Origin: Acidimicrobiia bacterium
GTDB lineage: Bacteria > Actinomycetota > Acidimicrobiia > IMCC26256 > PALSA-610
DNA length: 64,000 nt
Direction of reading: 5' to 3'
Assembly (NCBI GenBank): GCA_027494135.1
Contig: JAOSJK010000012.1
Location: 546,795-610,794 of the forward strand
Part shown: one piece after another, positions 30,237-39,532 of the stretch
Position numbering within the stretch: position 1 is the first letter of the stretch
Layout: each line of letters starts with the position of its first letter
Translations under genes and position numbers: made by a program
Notes under the pieces: model-generated
What the model was told of the DNA's origin: nothing
Seen by the model: only the letters and a program-made list of their open reading frames with translations
The model's database searches: none

Positions 30237-31024
30237 GCACCGACAAGCCCTCCGTCGCCGTGTGGAAGTTCGCCTCGTGCGACGGCTGTCAGCTCACGCT
30301 CCTCGACTGCGAAGACGAGCTCCTCGAGGTCGCCGGCGAGGTCGCGCTGGCGTACTTCCTCGAGGCGGGTCTCACCTCCGTGCGTGGCTCGTACGCACTC
30401 TCGCTCGTCGAGGGATCGATAACGACTGCCGACGACGCACGCCGCATCCAGGAGGTCCGACAGGCCTCCCGGACGCTCGTGACGATCGGCGCGTGCGCCA
30501 CCGCGGGAGGGATCCAGGCACTCCGCAACTTCTCCGAGGTCGACGAGTTCCGCTCCATCGTCTACGCCCACCCGGAGTTCGTCGAGACGCTCGGTACGTC
30601 GACACCCATCTCGGCTCACGTTCGCGTCGACCTCGAGCTGAGGGGGTGCCCGATCTCGAAGGCACAGCTCGTCGAGACGATCAGCGCCTTCCTGCACGGG
30701 CGGCGGCCCAACATCTCCGGCCGGAGCGTCTGCTCGGAGTGCAAGGAGCGTGGCAACGTCTGCGTCACCGTCGCGGGCGGAACGCCGTGCCTGGGCCCGA
30801 TCACGCACGCAGGGTGCGAGGCCCTCTGTCCCGCCTACCACCGCGGGTGCTACGGCTGCTACGGCCCCGCGGACACGACGAACGCACCGTCGCTGGTAGT
30901 GAGACTCCGCGAGGGAGGCATGGCCGACGACGACATCGTGCGTGTCCTACGCACCTTCAACGCCTACGCCGACGACTTCCGCGACGCGAGCGAGGCCGTC
31001 GCCGCAGGCAAGGGGGCGGAGTGA
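30233..31024 (+). CDS. hyhS: [NiFe]-hydrogenase small (delta) subunit, NuoB/20-kDa-like
   Basis: ATGA overlap at 30233. The sequence shows [24 protein letters not shown] and C-terminal Cys clusters ([22 protein letters not shown]). Confidence 0.8.
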   Translation: MSTDKPSVAVWKFASCDGCQLTLLDCEDELLEVAGEVALAYFLEAGLTSVRGSYALSLVEGSITTADDARRIQEVRQASRTLVTIGACATAGGIQALRNFSEVDEFRSIVYAHPEFVETLGTSTPISAHVRVDLELRGCPISKAQLVETISAFLHGRRPNISGRSVCSECKERGNVCVTVAGGTPCLGPITHAGCEALCPAYHRGCYGCYGPADTTNAPSLVVRLREGGMADDDIVRVLRTFNAYADDFRDASEAVAAGKGAE

Positions 31025-32326
31025 CCCACCGAAGCCCCGCGAGCCGCACGCTGGAGGTCAAGGCCCTCGCCCGCGTGGAGGGCGAGGGCGCGATGTTCGT
31101 CGAGATCCGCGACGGAGCGGTTCACGACGTCCAGCTGCGCATCTACGAGCCACCCCGCTTCTTCGAGGCGTTCCTACGAGGTCGCAGCTACACCGAACCA
31201 CCCGACATCACGGCCCGGATCTGCGGGATCTGTCCCGTCGCGTATCAGATGAGTGCAGTGCAGGCCATCGAGGCCGCGTGCGGGATCACAGTGGACGGAG
31301 CGCTGCGCGACCTGCGCCTGCTGCTGTACTTCGGCGAGTGGATCGAGAGCCATGCTCTCCACGTGTACATGCTTCACGCCCCCGACTTCCTCGGCTACGA
31401 GAGCGCTATCGCCCTCGCCGCCGACCACCGTCCGATCGTCGAGCGAGGTCTTGCCCTCAAGAAGACCGGGAACGACCTGGTCGACGTAATCGGAGGGCGC
31501 GCAGTGCACCCCCGTCAATGTGCGCGTCGGTGGCTTCTACCGGGTGCCGACCAAGCGCGAGCTGCAGCCCCTGTCCGAGAGCCTCCGGCGGGCGCGTGAT
31601 GCCGCCCACGCGACCGTCACGTGGGTCGCCGGCTTCGACTTCCCCGACTTCGAGCACGACCACGAGCTGGTCGCGCTTCGCCACCCCGAGGAGTACGCGA
31701 TCCTCGACGGCCGCCTGGTCTCCACCCTCGGCCTCGATGCGGGGCCCGACGAGTACGAAGGTCACTTCGCAGAGGAGCACGTCGAGCGTTCCACCGCGCT
31801 CCATTCCCGGATCCTCGAGCGGGGCCACTACCTGGCCGGGCCCCTGGCGCGCTACTCCCTCAACTCCGACAAGCTCGCTCCCGTCGCCCGTGAGGCCGCC
31901 GCGGAGGCAGGCCTGGGTACCGAGTGCCGCAACCCCTTCCGCAGCATCGTCGTGCGGAGCGTCGAGATCCTGCACGCCTGCGACGAGGCGCTCCGCGTGA
32001 TCGAGCGCTACGAGCCACCCGGCTCCCCTGCGGTCGAGGTAGCCCCGCGTGCTGGTGCGGGCTGTGGCTGGAGCGAGGCTCCGCGCGGCCTTCTCTGGCA
32101 TCGCTACGAGCTCGACGCCGCCGGCGTCATCCAGGATGCTCGGATCGTGCCACCGACCTCGCAGAACCAGCCGACTATCGAGCACGACCTCTGGCACTTC
32201 GTGGAGTCACACCTCCACCTCGATGACGACGAGCTGCGGATCAGGTGTGAGCAGGCAATCCGGAACTACGACCCGTGCATCTCCTGTGCCACGCACTTTC
32301 TCGACCTCGTCGTGGAGCGCTCGTGA
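31021..32326 (+). pseudogene. hyhL: [NiFe]-hydrogenase large (alpha) subunit, group 3b-like; one frame break
   Basis: GTGA overlap at 31021. The N-terminal Ni-binding motif [10 protein letters not shown] and the C-terminal DPCISCATH are both present. The frame breaks in the C5 run 31509-31513, joining ORF 30082..31599 to ORF 31520..32326. Confidence 0.85.
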
Positions 32327-32886
32327 GGGGCGGCGGGCTCCGGGCGGCCATTCGAGGTCACGGCGGCAACTCCCCCGCGAGCGGTGCGCGCGGAGAACCG
32401 TCCCCACGCATCGTCGTGATCGGGATCGGGAATGCCTTCCGCGGCGATGACGGCGCCGGGCTCGCAGTCGTCCGCGCAGCACGGTCTCTACTGCCGGCGA
32501 CAGTCGAGGTGATCGAGCTCGACGGCGAACCGGCGCGGCTCGTGGAGTCATGGGACGGCGCCGCGGCTGCCTTCGTCGTCGATGCGGTGCGCAGCGGCTC
32601 TTCCGCCGGCTCCGTCCATCGCTACGACGCCACCGAGGAGCGACTACCCCGATGGGAACCGTCCGGCGGCAGTCACTCGCTCGGCGCTGCCGCCGCCGTC
32701 GACCTCGCGCGCTCCCTCGACCGCCTACCAGCTCATCTGATCGTCTACGGCGTCGAGGGCGCCGACTTCGACAACGGGGTCGGCCTGACTCCGGCGGTGG
32801 CGTCGGCTGTGCCTCAGGCCGCGACCCGCATCGCGGAAGAGGCCGGAGCCGTCCTGCACCGCCTCGAGACGCGCGGGGGGCGGTGA
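32323..32886 (+). CDS. Hydrogenase maturation endopeptidase (HyaD/HybD/HycI family)
   Basis: GTGA overlap at 32323. The sequence shows [16 protein letters not shown] and GGSHSLG motifs. Confidence 0.8.
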   Translation: MRGGGLRAAIRGHGGNSPASGARGEPSPRIVVIGIGNAFRGDDGAGLAVVRAARSLLPATVEVIELDGEPARLVESWDGAAAAFVVDAVRSGSSAGSVHRYDATEERLPRWEPSGGSHSLGAAAAVDLARSLDRLPAHLIVYGVEGADFDNGVGLTPAVASAVPQAATRIAEEAGAVLHRLETRGGR

Positions 32887-32889
32887 ACC

Positions 32890-33135
32890 GTGTGCCTCTC
32901 ACACGCCGGGCGAGTTTTCGAGGTCGACGCGGCGAGGCACGAAGCCGTCGTCGATGTCGACGGCGGCCTCCGCACCGTCTCCCTGGCCGTCCTGACCCTC
33001 GACGGTCACGAAGTTGCCGTCGGCGAGTGGGTGCTCGTCCACACCGGCTTCGCGATGGAGGTGCTCGACCCCGCTGCCGCCGCCGACCTCGTTGCACTTC
33101 ATCGCGAAGTCACTGCGTTCGGGGAGACTGGTTGA
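32890..33135 (+). CDS. hypC: Hydrogenase assembly chaperone HypC/HupF
   Basis: 81 aa. It starts M-C-L (GTG 32890) and has the typical WVLVHTGFA motif. Confidence 0.85.
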   Translation: MCLSHAGRVFEVDAARHEAVVDVDGGLRTVSLAVLTLDGHEVAVGEWVLVHTGFAMEVLDPAAAADLVALHREVTAFGETG

Positions 33136-33139
33136 GACC

Positions 33140-34132
33140 ATGGACAAGGAAGGGCACCGCATGAGTCGTCCGGTCCCGACACGGCGCGCCGCTTCGTACG
33201 GGCTCGCACTCGCGTTCTTCGCAGCGCTCGTGAGCGGAGTGTCCGTCTTCGTGAACTCGTACGGCGTGAAGCGGGTCCCGAACCCCACCGTCTACACGAC
33301 GGCGAAGAACCTGGTCGCCGCCGTCATCCTGCTCGGCCTGCTTGTGGTTGCCTCCCGCGCGAGGCCCGGTGAGGGCTGGTCCCGACCATCGACGAGACGC
33401 GAGTGGACAGGGCTCGCCGCCGTGGCGCTTCTCGGCGGGAGCATCCCGTTCGTGCTCTTCTTCGAGGGGATCGCCCGCGCATCGTCCACCGACGCCCAGT
33501 TCGTCCACAAGACGCTGGTCGTGTGGGTGGCGCTCCTGGCCGTCCCGATCCTCGGCGAGCGCGTCGGCGGCCTCCATGTCGCGGCGGTCGCCCTGCTGGT
33601 AGTGGGGCAGGCAGAGATCGTCGGCGGGATTCCGACCATCGGCGAGAGCGGCCGAGGGGAGGCGATGATCCTCGCCGCGACCCTCCTCTGGTCCGTCGAG
33701 GTGGTGGTCGCGAAGCGCCTGCTCACCTCCGTCTCGCCGGCGACCCTCGCGGCGGCGCGGATGGCAGCGGGGAGCCTCGTGCTCGTGGCATGGCTCGGCG
33801 CAACGGGGCGGATCGACGACCTCGTCGGGCTGTCGGCCTCGGGCTGGGGGTGGGCGGCGCTCACCGGCACCCTGCTCACGCTCTACGTCGCTACCTGGTA
33901 CTCCGCGCTCGCCCGCGCACAGGCCGTCGACGTCACCGCGGTGCTCATGGCCGCCGTGCTGGTCACGTTCGCCCTGGACTCCGTGGTGAACGGCAGGGCA
34001 CTGGCCCCGCAGCGCACCGGTCTGCTCGTGATCCTCGCCGGCAGCGCAGTAGCGGGCACGGCGGCGTGGATCACGGCCCGGCGCGCCGCGCCGGCGGAGG
34101 TCGGGAGCGCGCCAGGTGCGGCCTCCCCATGA
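33140..34132 (+). CDS. EamA/DMT-family transporter
   Basis: ATG at 33140 (alternative 33161) within ORF 33014..34132. About ten hydrophobic segments form two EamA-like halves. Confidence 0.75.
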   Translation: MDKEGHRMSRPVPTRRAASYGLALAFFAALVSGVSVFVNSYGVKRVPNPTVYTTAKNLVAAVILLGLLVVASRARPGEGWSRPSTRREWTGLAAVALLGGSIPFVLFFEGIARASSTDAQFVHKTLVVWVALLAVPILGERVGGLHVAAVALLVVGQAEIVGGIPTIGESGRGEAMILAATLLWSVEVVVAKRLLTSVSPATLAAARMAAGSLVLVAWLGATGRIDDLVGLSASGWGWAALTGTLLTLYVATWYSALARAQAVDVTAVLMAAVLVTFALDSVVNGRALAPQRTGLLVILAGSAVAGTAAWITARRAAPAEVGSAPGAASP

Positions 34133-34923
34133 GACGACCGGAGCCGGGCGCTGCAGCCGGAGACGACGGCGCGATCCGCTTCGCGCGCTACGCCTATCCG
34201 CCCAACGCGCTGGGGCTCTGCGGGCCCGACGACTACGGTGCGCTCCTGGAGTACGGCGCCGGAGGCATCTCCGACGGTGGGCTGCAGCAGCTCGCCCGGT
34301 GCTTCGAAGGTGCATGGCCGTACCTGGAGCTGATCGCCGGGGCGAACGGCATCGACGACCCCCTCGACGCGCGCGTCGTCGAGGCCTACTGGACGGGCAA
34401 CAGCCTCCTGGCCGGCGTGACCCCGCTCGTGCTCGGTTCCTCGCTCGAGGAGCGCTTCCGCGGCCCCGCGGGGAGAGACTGGAGCCGCCTGGCAGCGGCG
34501 ATCCCGCACGCACCGCTCCCACATCACGGCTTCCACGTCTTCGCCGTCTACCCGTGGACGGGACTGCTTCGCAGCGGGGCGGCCGGTGAGGCGCTGCGCG
34601 TCCTCGACCGTTGTCGCATCCGGTGGGGCTCCGTCGTCTCCGTCGAGAGTGCAACTGCCGTCGTGCGATCGCGTCCGCTGCGCTGGGACGGCTGCAAGCT
34701 CTCCCTCGACGCGTCGGTACCGGAGACGGCCATCACGGCCGATCGCGGTTACGGCCTTGCCGGGCCGATCGCACCGGGCGACCACGTCGCTCTGCACTGG
34801 GACTGGGTGTGCGAACGTCTCACTCCGGCTCGACTCCGGTGGCTGCGCCGCCTCACGGCCTCGCAGCTCGACCTCGTGAACGGTCGCCTCGCACACTCCC
34901 CCGCGGCGGCCGTCCTGGGATAG
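34129..34923 (+). CDS. Conserved hypothetical protein, translationally coupled to the EamA gene
   Basis: ATGA overlap at 34129. The 264-aa product has ordinary composition (FARYAYPPNALGLCGPDD...). I cannot name a family with confidence. Confidence 0.6.
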   Translation: MRRPEPGAAAGDDGAIRFARYAYPPNALGLCGPDDYGALLEYGAGGISDGGLQQLARCFEGAWPYLELIAGANGIDDPLDARVVEAYWTGNSLLAGVTPLVLGSSLEERFRGPAGRDWSRLAAAIPHAPLPHHGFHVFAVYPWTGLLRSGAAGEALRVLDRCRIRWGSVVSVESATAVVRSRPLRWDGCKLSLDASVPETAITADRGYGLAGPIAPGDHVALHWDWVCERLTPARLRWLRRLTASQLDLVNGRLAHSPAAAVLG

Positions 34924-34958
34924 CGCGCGGCGCACCGCCGGACGGTTACCGTGCGCCC

Positions 34959-35939
34959 ATGCTCCGCGCCTGGCGGTACACCGAGGGGGCTCCCGGCAGG
35001 ACCGACGTCGCCGCCGACGCGCTCACGGGCCCGCGCCCGGCCGGGTCGTTCCTCTGGGTCGACATCGAGCACCCGGAGACCGGCGAGATCGAGCACGCGG
35101 CGGAGGCGCTCGGCGTCCATCACATCGCGGCCGAGGACCTGGCCCACGCCGGACAGCGCACCAAGCTCGAGCACTACTCCGACCACCGCCACGTCGCCGT
35201 GCACGACATGGCCCTCGACGAAGCAGGCGTGCTCGCCGACGGGGAGATCGACATCGTCTTCGGCGACGGGTGGCTGCTCACCGTCCGCCACTCGCGCGAT
35301 GGGCTCGACGCGGCGCCGATCGACTCTGTCGTGGAGCGCTTCGAGCGCCAGCGGGTGGAGCATGGCTCGAGCGACGAGGGCTTCGCGATCTGGTCGATAC
35401 TCGACGACGTCGTCGACCGGTACTTCGTCCTTCTCGACGCCGTGGACGACTACCTCGACGGAATCGAGGAGGCTGTCTTCGCTCCGGACTCCGCCGATCA
35501 CCCGCCGCAGGCGGCTTTCGCGCTGCGACGGACCCTGGTGGCGTTCCGTCGCACCGCCTCGCCGATGCGCGAAGTCGTCTCGGCTCTGCTGCGACGCGAA
35601 GCACCCGAGATCGGCGACGCTGCGATACCGCACCTGCAGGACGTGTACGACCACGTGCTCCGTGCGCTCGACCTCCTCGAGTCTCAGAGGGAGCTGCTGT
35701 CCGGCCTACTGGAGGCCCAGCTCTCCGTTGCGTCGATGCGGATGAACCGCGTGATGAAGGCGACGTCGTCGTGGGGCGCGATCCTCGTCGTGAACACCCT
35801 CATCACCGGCGTGTACGGCATGAACTTCCGGCACATGCCCGAGCTGCACTGGTACCTCGGCTATCCCCTGGCGCTCGCAGCCATGGCCGTCGCCACGGTC
35901 GTCCTGTACGTGATGTTCCGGCGGCGCGACTGGCTGTGA
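34959..35939 (+). CDS. corA: CorA-family divalent metal (Mg/Co/Ni) transporter
   Basis: ATG at 34959 within ORF 34611..35939. The signature YGMNF is followed by two C-terminal TM helices. Confidence 0.85.
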   Translation: MLRAWRYTEGAPGRTDVAADALTGPRPAGSFLWVDIEHPETGEIEHAAEALGVHHIAAEDLAHAGQRTKLEHYSDHRHVAVHDMALDEAGVLADGEIDIVFGDGWLLTVRHSRDGLDAAPIDSVVERFERQRVEHGSSDEGFAIWSILDDVVDRYFVLLDAVDDYLDGIEEAVFAPDSADHPPQAAFALRRTLVAFRRTASPMREVVSALLRREAPEIGDAAIPHLQDVYDHVLRALDLLESQRELLSGLLEAQLSVASMRMNRVMKATSSWGAILVVNTLITGVYGMNFRHMPELHWYLGYPLALAAMAVATVVLYVMFRRRDWL

Positions 35940-35969
35940 CCCGCTACCGGGCATCGCCCCCCGGGTCGT

Positions 35970-38414
35970 TCACCTCTCGGTGCGTCGAACCGAGCGACGC
36001 GTCGCGATGACCCCGCCGAAGCGTGGCGTGCGTTCGGCCGCCGGGAGCCTGTGCTGCTGCGCAGTCCAGCCGACCTCGAGCAGGACGACCGCCGACGCCG
36101 CCACCACGACGCCCCACACGAGCGCCTCCCACTCCGGGAGGTCCAGGGCATAGAAGGTGCGCAGGTCGGGGACGGCGAGTATGACGACGAATGCCGCGAC
36201 CATCCACGTCACCAGGCTCGCCCTCCAACCCGTGATCGGTCTGGCGAGGAGCACCAGGATCCACAGGCCGACGACCAGCAGCACGAGGGTCGCCGTGGTA
36301 CGTGACTCGTCGAGCCCCACTCCGGCCCCCACCCTCGCGGTCGCGTACGCACCGAAGGTCGCCGTCGACGCCACCATGCCCACGGGCAGTGCGAACTTGA
36401 GGACACGCCTCACGAACCCGGGCACGTAGCGGCGTGGGTTCGGGGCGAGCGCCAGGAAGAACGCGGGGATGCCGATCGAGAGGCTGCTGACGATGGTGAG
36501 GTGCCTCGGCAGGAACGGGTACGGCCAGCGCGCCACTCCGACTGCTATGGCCAGGAGCATCGCGTAGACGGTCTTGGTGACGAAGAGGTTCGCCACCCGC
36601 TCGATGTTCGCGATGACGCGACGCCCCTCTGCGACCACACCGGGCATCGTCGCGAACTTGCCGTCGAGCAGGACGATCTGGGCGACCGCGCGGGTCGCCG
36701 GAGCCCCACTACCCATCGCGATGCCGATGTCGGCGTCCTTCAGCGCCAGCGCATCGTTGACGCCGTCGCCCGTCATCGCCACGACGTGTCCGCGCGACTG
36801 CAGCGCAGCGACCATCGCCCGCTTCTGGTGCGGCGTGACCCGCCCGAAGACGCTGTGGGTCTCCAGCACCTCGGCCAGAGCCTCCATCTCGTCGGGTAGC
36901 TCGCGAGCGTCGTAGCCCCCGTCAGCGTCGGGGAGTCCGACCCGGCGCGCAACCGCCGCCACCGTGAGGGGGCTGTCGCCCGAGATCACCTTCAGGGCCA
37001 CGCCCTGCTCGGTGAAGTAGCGCAACGTGTCCGCTGCGTCCGGCCTGACCTTCTCCTCGAAGAGCACCAGCGCGGTAGGGCTCAGTCCTGACGGCAGTCG
37101 CTCCCCATCGAGCGCCTCGCCCGTTCGAGCGAGCAGCAGCACGCGCCTCCCCTCGGATGCGAGCGCCTCGGCGCGCCTGCGTACCGAATCCCAGTCACCG
37201 TCCGGCCCGGTGACCATCTCCGGCGCGCCGATGACCCAGGTTCCCCTTTCTCCGAAGGAGGCGGCGCTCCACTTCCGCGCCGACGAGAACGGCACCGACC
37301 CGGTCCGCTCCCACCCCTCGGGGGCGGGGAACGCCGTGCAGAGAGCCGACATGGTCGCATTGCGGTGCTCGTCCGACGCGAGGGCGCCGAGCGCAGCGGC
37401 CACCGGGTCGGGGTCGGTGAAGGCCTCGATCTCGTCGAACGCGATGCTCCCCTCGGTCAGGGTCCCGGTCTTGTCGAGGCACACGACGTCGACGCGTGCG
37501 AGGCCCTCGACCGCCGGCAGCTCCTGCACCAGGACCTTGCGGCGCGCGAGCGAGACGGCCGCGACGGCGAAGGCAAGGCTCGTGAGCAGGACGAGCCCCT
37601 CTGGGACCATCGCCACCACGCCTGCCACGACGCCGGATACCGCCTCGCGCCAGCCGGAATGCGCTCGGAACTGGCTGACAGCGAGGAGGGCCGCCGTAGG
37701 AAGGAGCGCGTAGGTCACGAACCGCAGGATCGTGTTGAGCCCCTCCGCGAGCTCGGTTCGGACGAGCGTGAATCGTCGTGCCTCCGCCGCGAGCCTGCAG
37801 GCATATGCGTCGGCGCCCACCCCGGTCGCCTGGAACCGCCCGTGGCCGGCCACGACGAAGCTCCCCGAGAGCACCCTCTCGTCGGGCCCCTTGTGAACGG
37901 GGTCCGACTCGCCGGTGAGCAGGGACTCGTCGACCTCGAGGCCCTCGGCCGTGTGTACCGTGCCGTCGGCCGGAACCTGGTCGCCGGTACGCAGCTCGAG
38001 GAGGTCGTCGAGGACCACCTCCTCGACGGCCATCTCGCGCACGATCCCGCCCCGCACGACACGCGCGCGCGGCGCATTGAGCACCGCGAGACGGTCGAGG
38101 GTCCGCTTCGCCCTCAGCTCCTGCACTATGCCGATCAGGGCGTTGGAGACGAGAACGATTCCGAAGAGAGCGTCCTGGATCGGCCCAACCACGAGGATGA
38201 TGGCGAGCATCGACCCCAGAATCGCGTTGAAGCGCGTGAACACGTTCGCCTTCACGATCTCGGTGAGAGTGCGACTCGAGCGCCTACCGGTGTCGTTGAC
38301 CTCGCCGCGCTCGATCCGCTCCTGCACCTCGGCATCGGAGAGCCCGTCGTGGCCCGTCACCCACTCGGAGGCGTCCCGACCGTCGCTCTCGATCCTCGGC
38401 GTGCCCACTGCCAT
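35970..38414 (-). CDS. Cation-translocating P-type ATPase (P2/HAD-IC type, CtpF-like)
   Basis: ATG at 38414, intact 814 aa. Motifs: TGES, CLDKTGTLT, MTGDGVNDALALK. Confidence 0.85.
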   Translation of the reverse strand: MAVGTPRIESDGRDASEWVTGHDGLSDAEVQERIERGEVNDTGRRSSRTLTEIVKANVFTRFNAILGSMLAIILVVGPIQDALFGIVLVSNALIGIVQELRAKRTLDRLAVLNAPRARVVRGGIVREMAVEEVVLDDLLELRTGDQVPADGTVHTAEGLEVDESLLTGESDPVHKGPDERVLSGSFVVAGHGRFQATGVGADAYACRLAAEARRFTLVRTELAEGLNTILRFVTYALLPTAALLAVSQFRAHSGWREAVSGVVAGVVAMVPEGLVLLTSLAFAVAAVSLARRKVLVQELPAVEGLARVDVVCLDKTGTLTEGSIAFDEIEAFTDPDPVAAALGALASDEHRNATMSALCTAFPAPEGWERTGSVPFSSARKWSAASFGERGTWVIGAPEMVTGPDGDWDSVRRRAEALASEGRRVLLLARTGEALDGERLPSGLSPTALVLFEEKVRPDAADTLRYFTEQGVALKVISGDSPLTVAAVARRVGLPDADGGYDARELPDEMEALAEVLETHSVFGRVTPHQKRAMVAALQSRGHVVAMTGDGVNDALALKDADIGIAMGSGAPATRAVAQIVLLDGKFATMPGVVAEGRRVIANIERVANLFVTKTVYAMLLAIAVGVARWPYPFLPRHLTIVSSLSIGIPAFFLALAPNPRRYVPGFVRRVLKFALPVGMVASTATFGAYATARVGAGVGLDESRTTATLVLLVVGLWILVLLARPITGWRASLVTWMVAAFVVILAVPDLRTFYALDLPEWEALVWGVVVAASAVVLLEVGWTAQQHRLPAAERTPRFGGVIATRRSVRRTER

Positions 38415-38464
38415 CCGACGAACGTAGCCTTCCCTCGGACGCGACCGGAGCCAAGGGAGGACCC

Positions 38465-39502
38465 TTGAAGGCATATCAGCTCGTCGGATGGCAGAGACCT
38501 CCAGAGGTGCGCGACGTACCCGTCCCCGAGCCGGGGCCCGGTGAGGTCCTCCTCTCCGTGGACGCCGCGGGCGCGTGCCACTCCGATCTGCACTTCATGG
38601 AGTGGCCCGAGGGACTGCTGCCATGGAACCTTCCGTTCACGCTCGGGCACGAGACCGCCGGACGCGTTGCCGCGGTCGGTGCGGGCGTCACAGCATGGAA
38701 GCCGGGCGACGCAGTCGCTGTGTACGGACCCTGGGGCTGCGGCTTCTGCGGGCCGTGTCGTGAGAGCGCGGAGAACTACTGCGAGCGAGCTGCCGAGCTC
38801 GGTGCCGGTGGCAGCGGGCTGGGTCACCACGGCGGCATGGCCGAGTTCCTGCTCGTGCCGTCGGCGCGCCACCTCGTCGCGATCGGCGACCTCGACCCGC
38901 TCCAGGCCGCGCCGCTGACCGACGCCGCGCTCACCCCTTACCACGCCGTGCAGCGCTCGATGTCGAAGCTCGGACCCGGCTCCACTGCAGTCGTGATCGG
39001 AGTCGGAGGCCTCGGCCACATGGCCATACAGATTCTGCGCGCCGTCACGCCTGCACGGATCGTCGCGATCGACGTCTCGGAGGAGAAGCTCGCACTCGCA
39101 CGCGAGATGGGCGCCGACGAAGCGCTCCTCGCGGACGACGACGCCGTGGCGCGCATCCGCGCGATGACCCGCGACGTGGGGGCCGAGTGCATTCTCGACT
39201 GCGTCGGATCCGACGCGCCCATAGCTCAGGCGGCGCAGATGGTTCGGGTGCGCGGCGACATCACCGTGATCGGGATCGCGCTCGGAACCTATCCGTTCAG
39301 CTTCGTCACCATGCCATACGAGGCATCTCTCGCGACCTGCTTCTGGGGGACATCACGCGAGCTCGTCGACGTCATCGAGCTGGCGAGGGCCGGCAAGCTG
39401 CGCGCCAAGGTCGAGACCTTCCCCTTGTCGAAGGCCGGCGATGCCTTCGACAGACTCCGCGCCGGTACCGTCGACGGACGTGCAGTGATCGTGCCCGACT
39501 GA
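38465..39502 (+). CDS. Zn-dependent NAD(P) alcohol dehydrogenase (MDR family)
   Basis: TTG start with a GGGAGG RBS. Motifs: GACHSDLH, GHETAG, the GPWGCGFCGPC structural-Zn Cys cluster, and VIGVGGLG. Confidence 0.85.
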   Translation: MKAYQLVGWQRPPEVRDVPVPEPGPGEVLLSVDAAGACHSDLHFMEWPEGLLPWNLPFTLGHETAGRVAAVGAGVTAWKPGDAVAVYGPWGCGFCGPCRESAENYCERAAELGAGGSGLGHHGGMAEFLLVPSARHLVAIGDLDPLQAAPLTDAALTPYHAVQRSMSKLGPGSTAVVIGVGGLGHMAIQILRAVTPARIVAIDVSEEKLALAREMGADEALLADDDAVARIRAMTRDVGAECILDCVGSDAPIAQAAQMVRVRGDITVIGIALGTYPFSFVTMPYEASLATCFWGTSRELVDVIELARAGKLRAKVETFPLSKAGDAFDRLRAGTVDGRAVIVPD

Positions 39503-39532
39503 CGAGCAACAGATCTCCGAAGGGGTGGTTCG

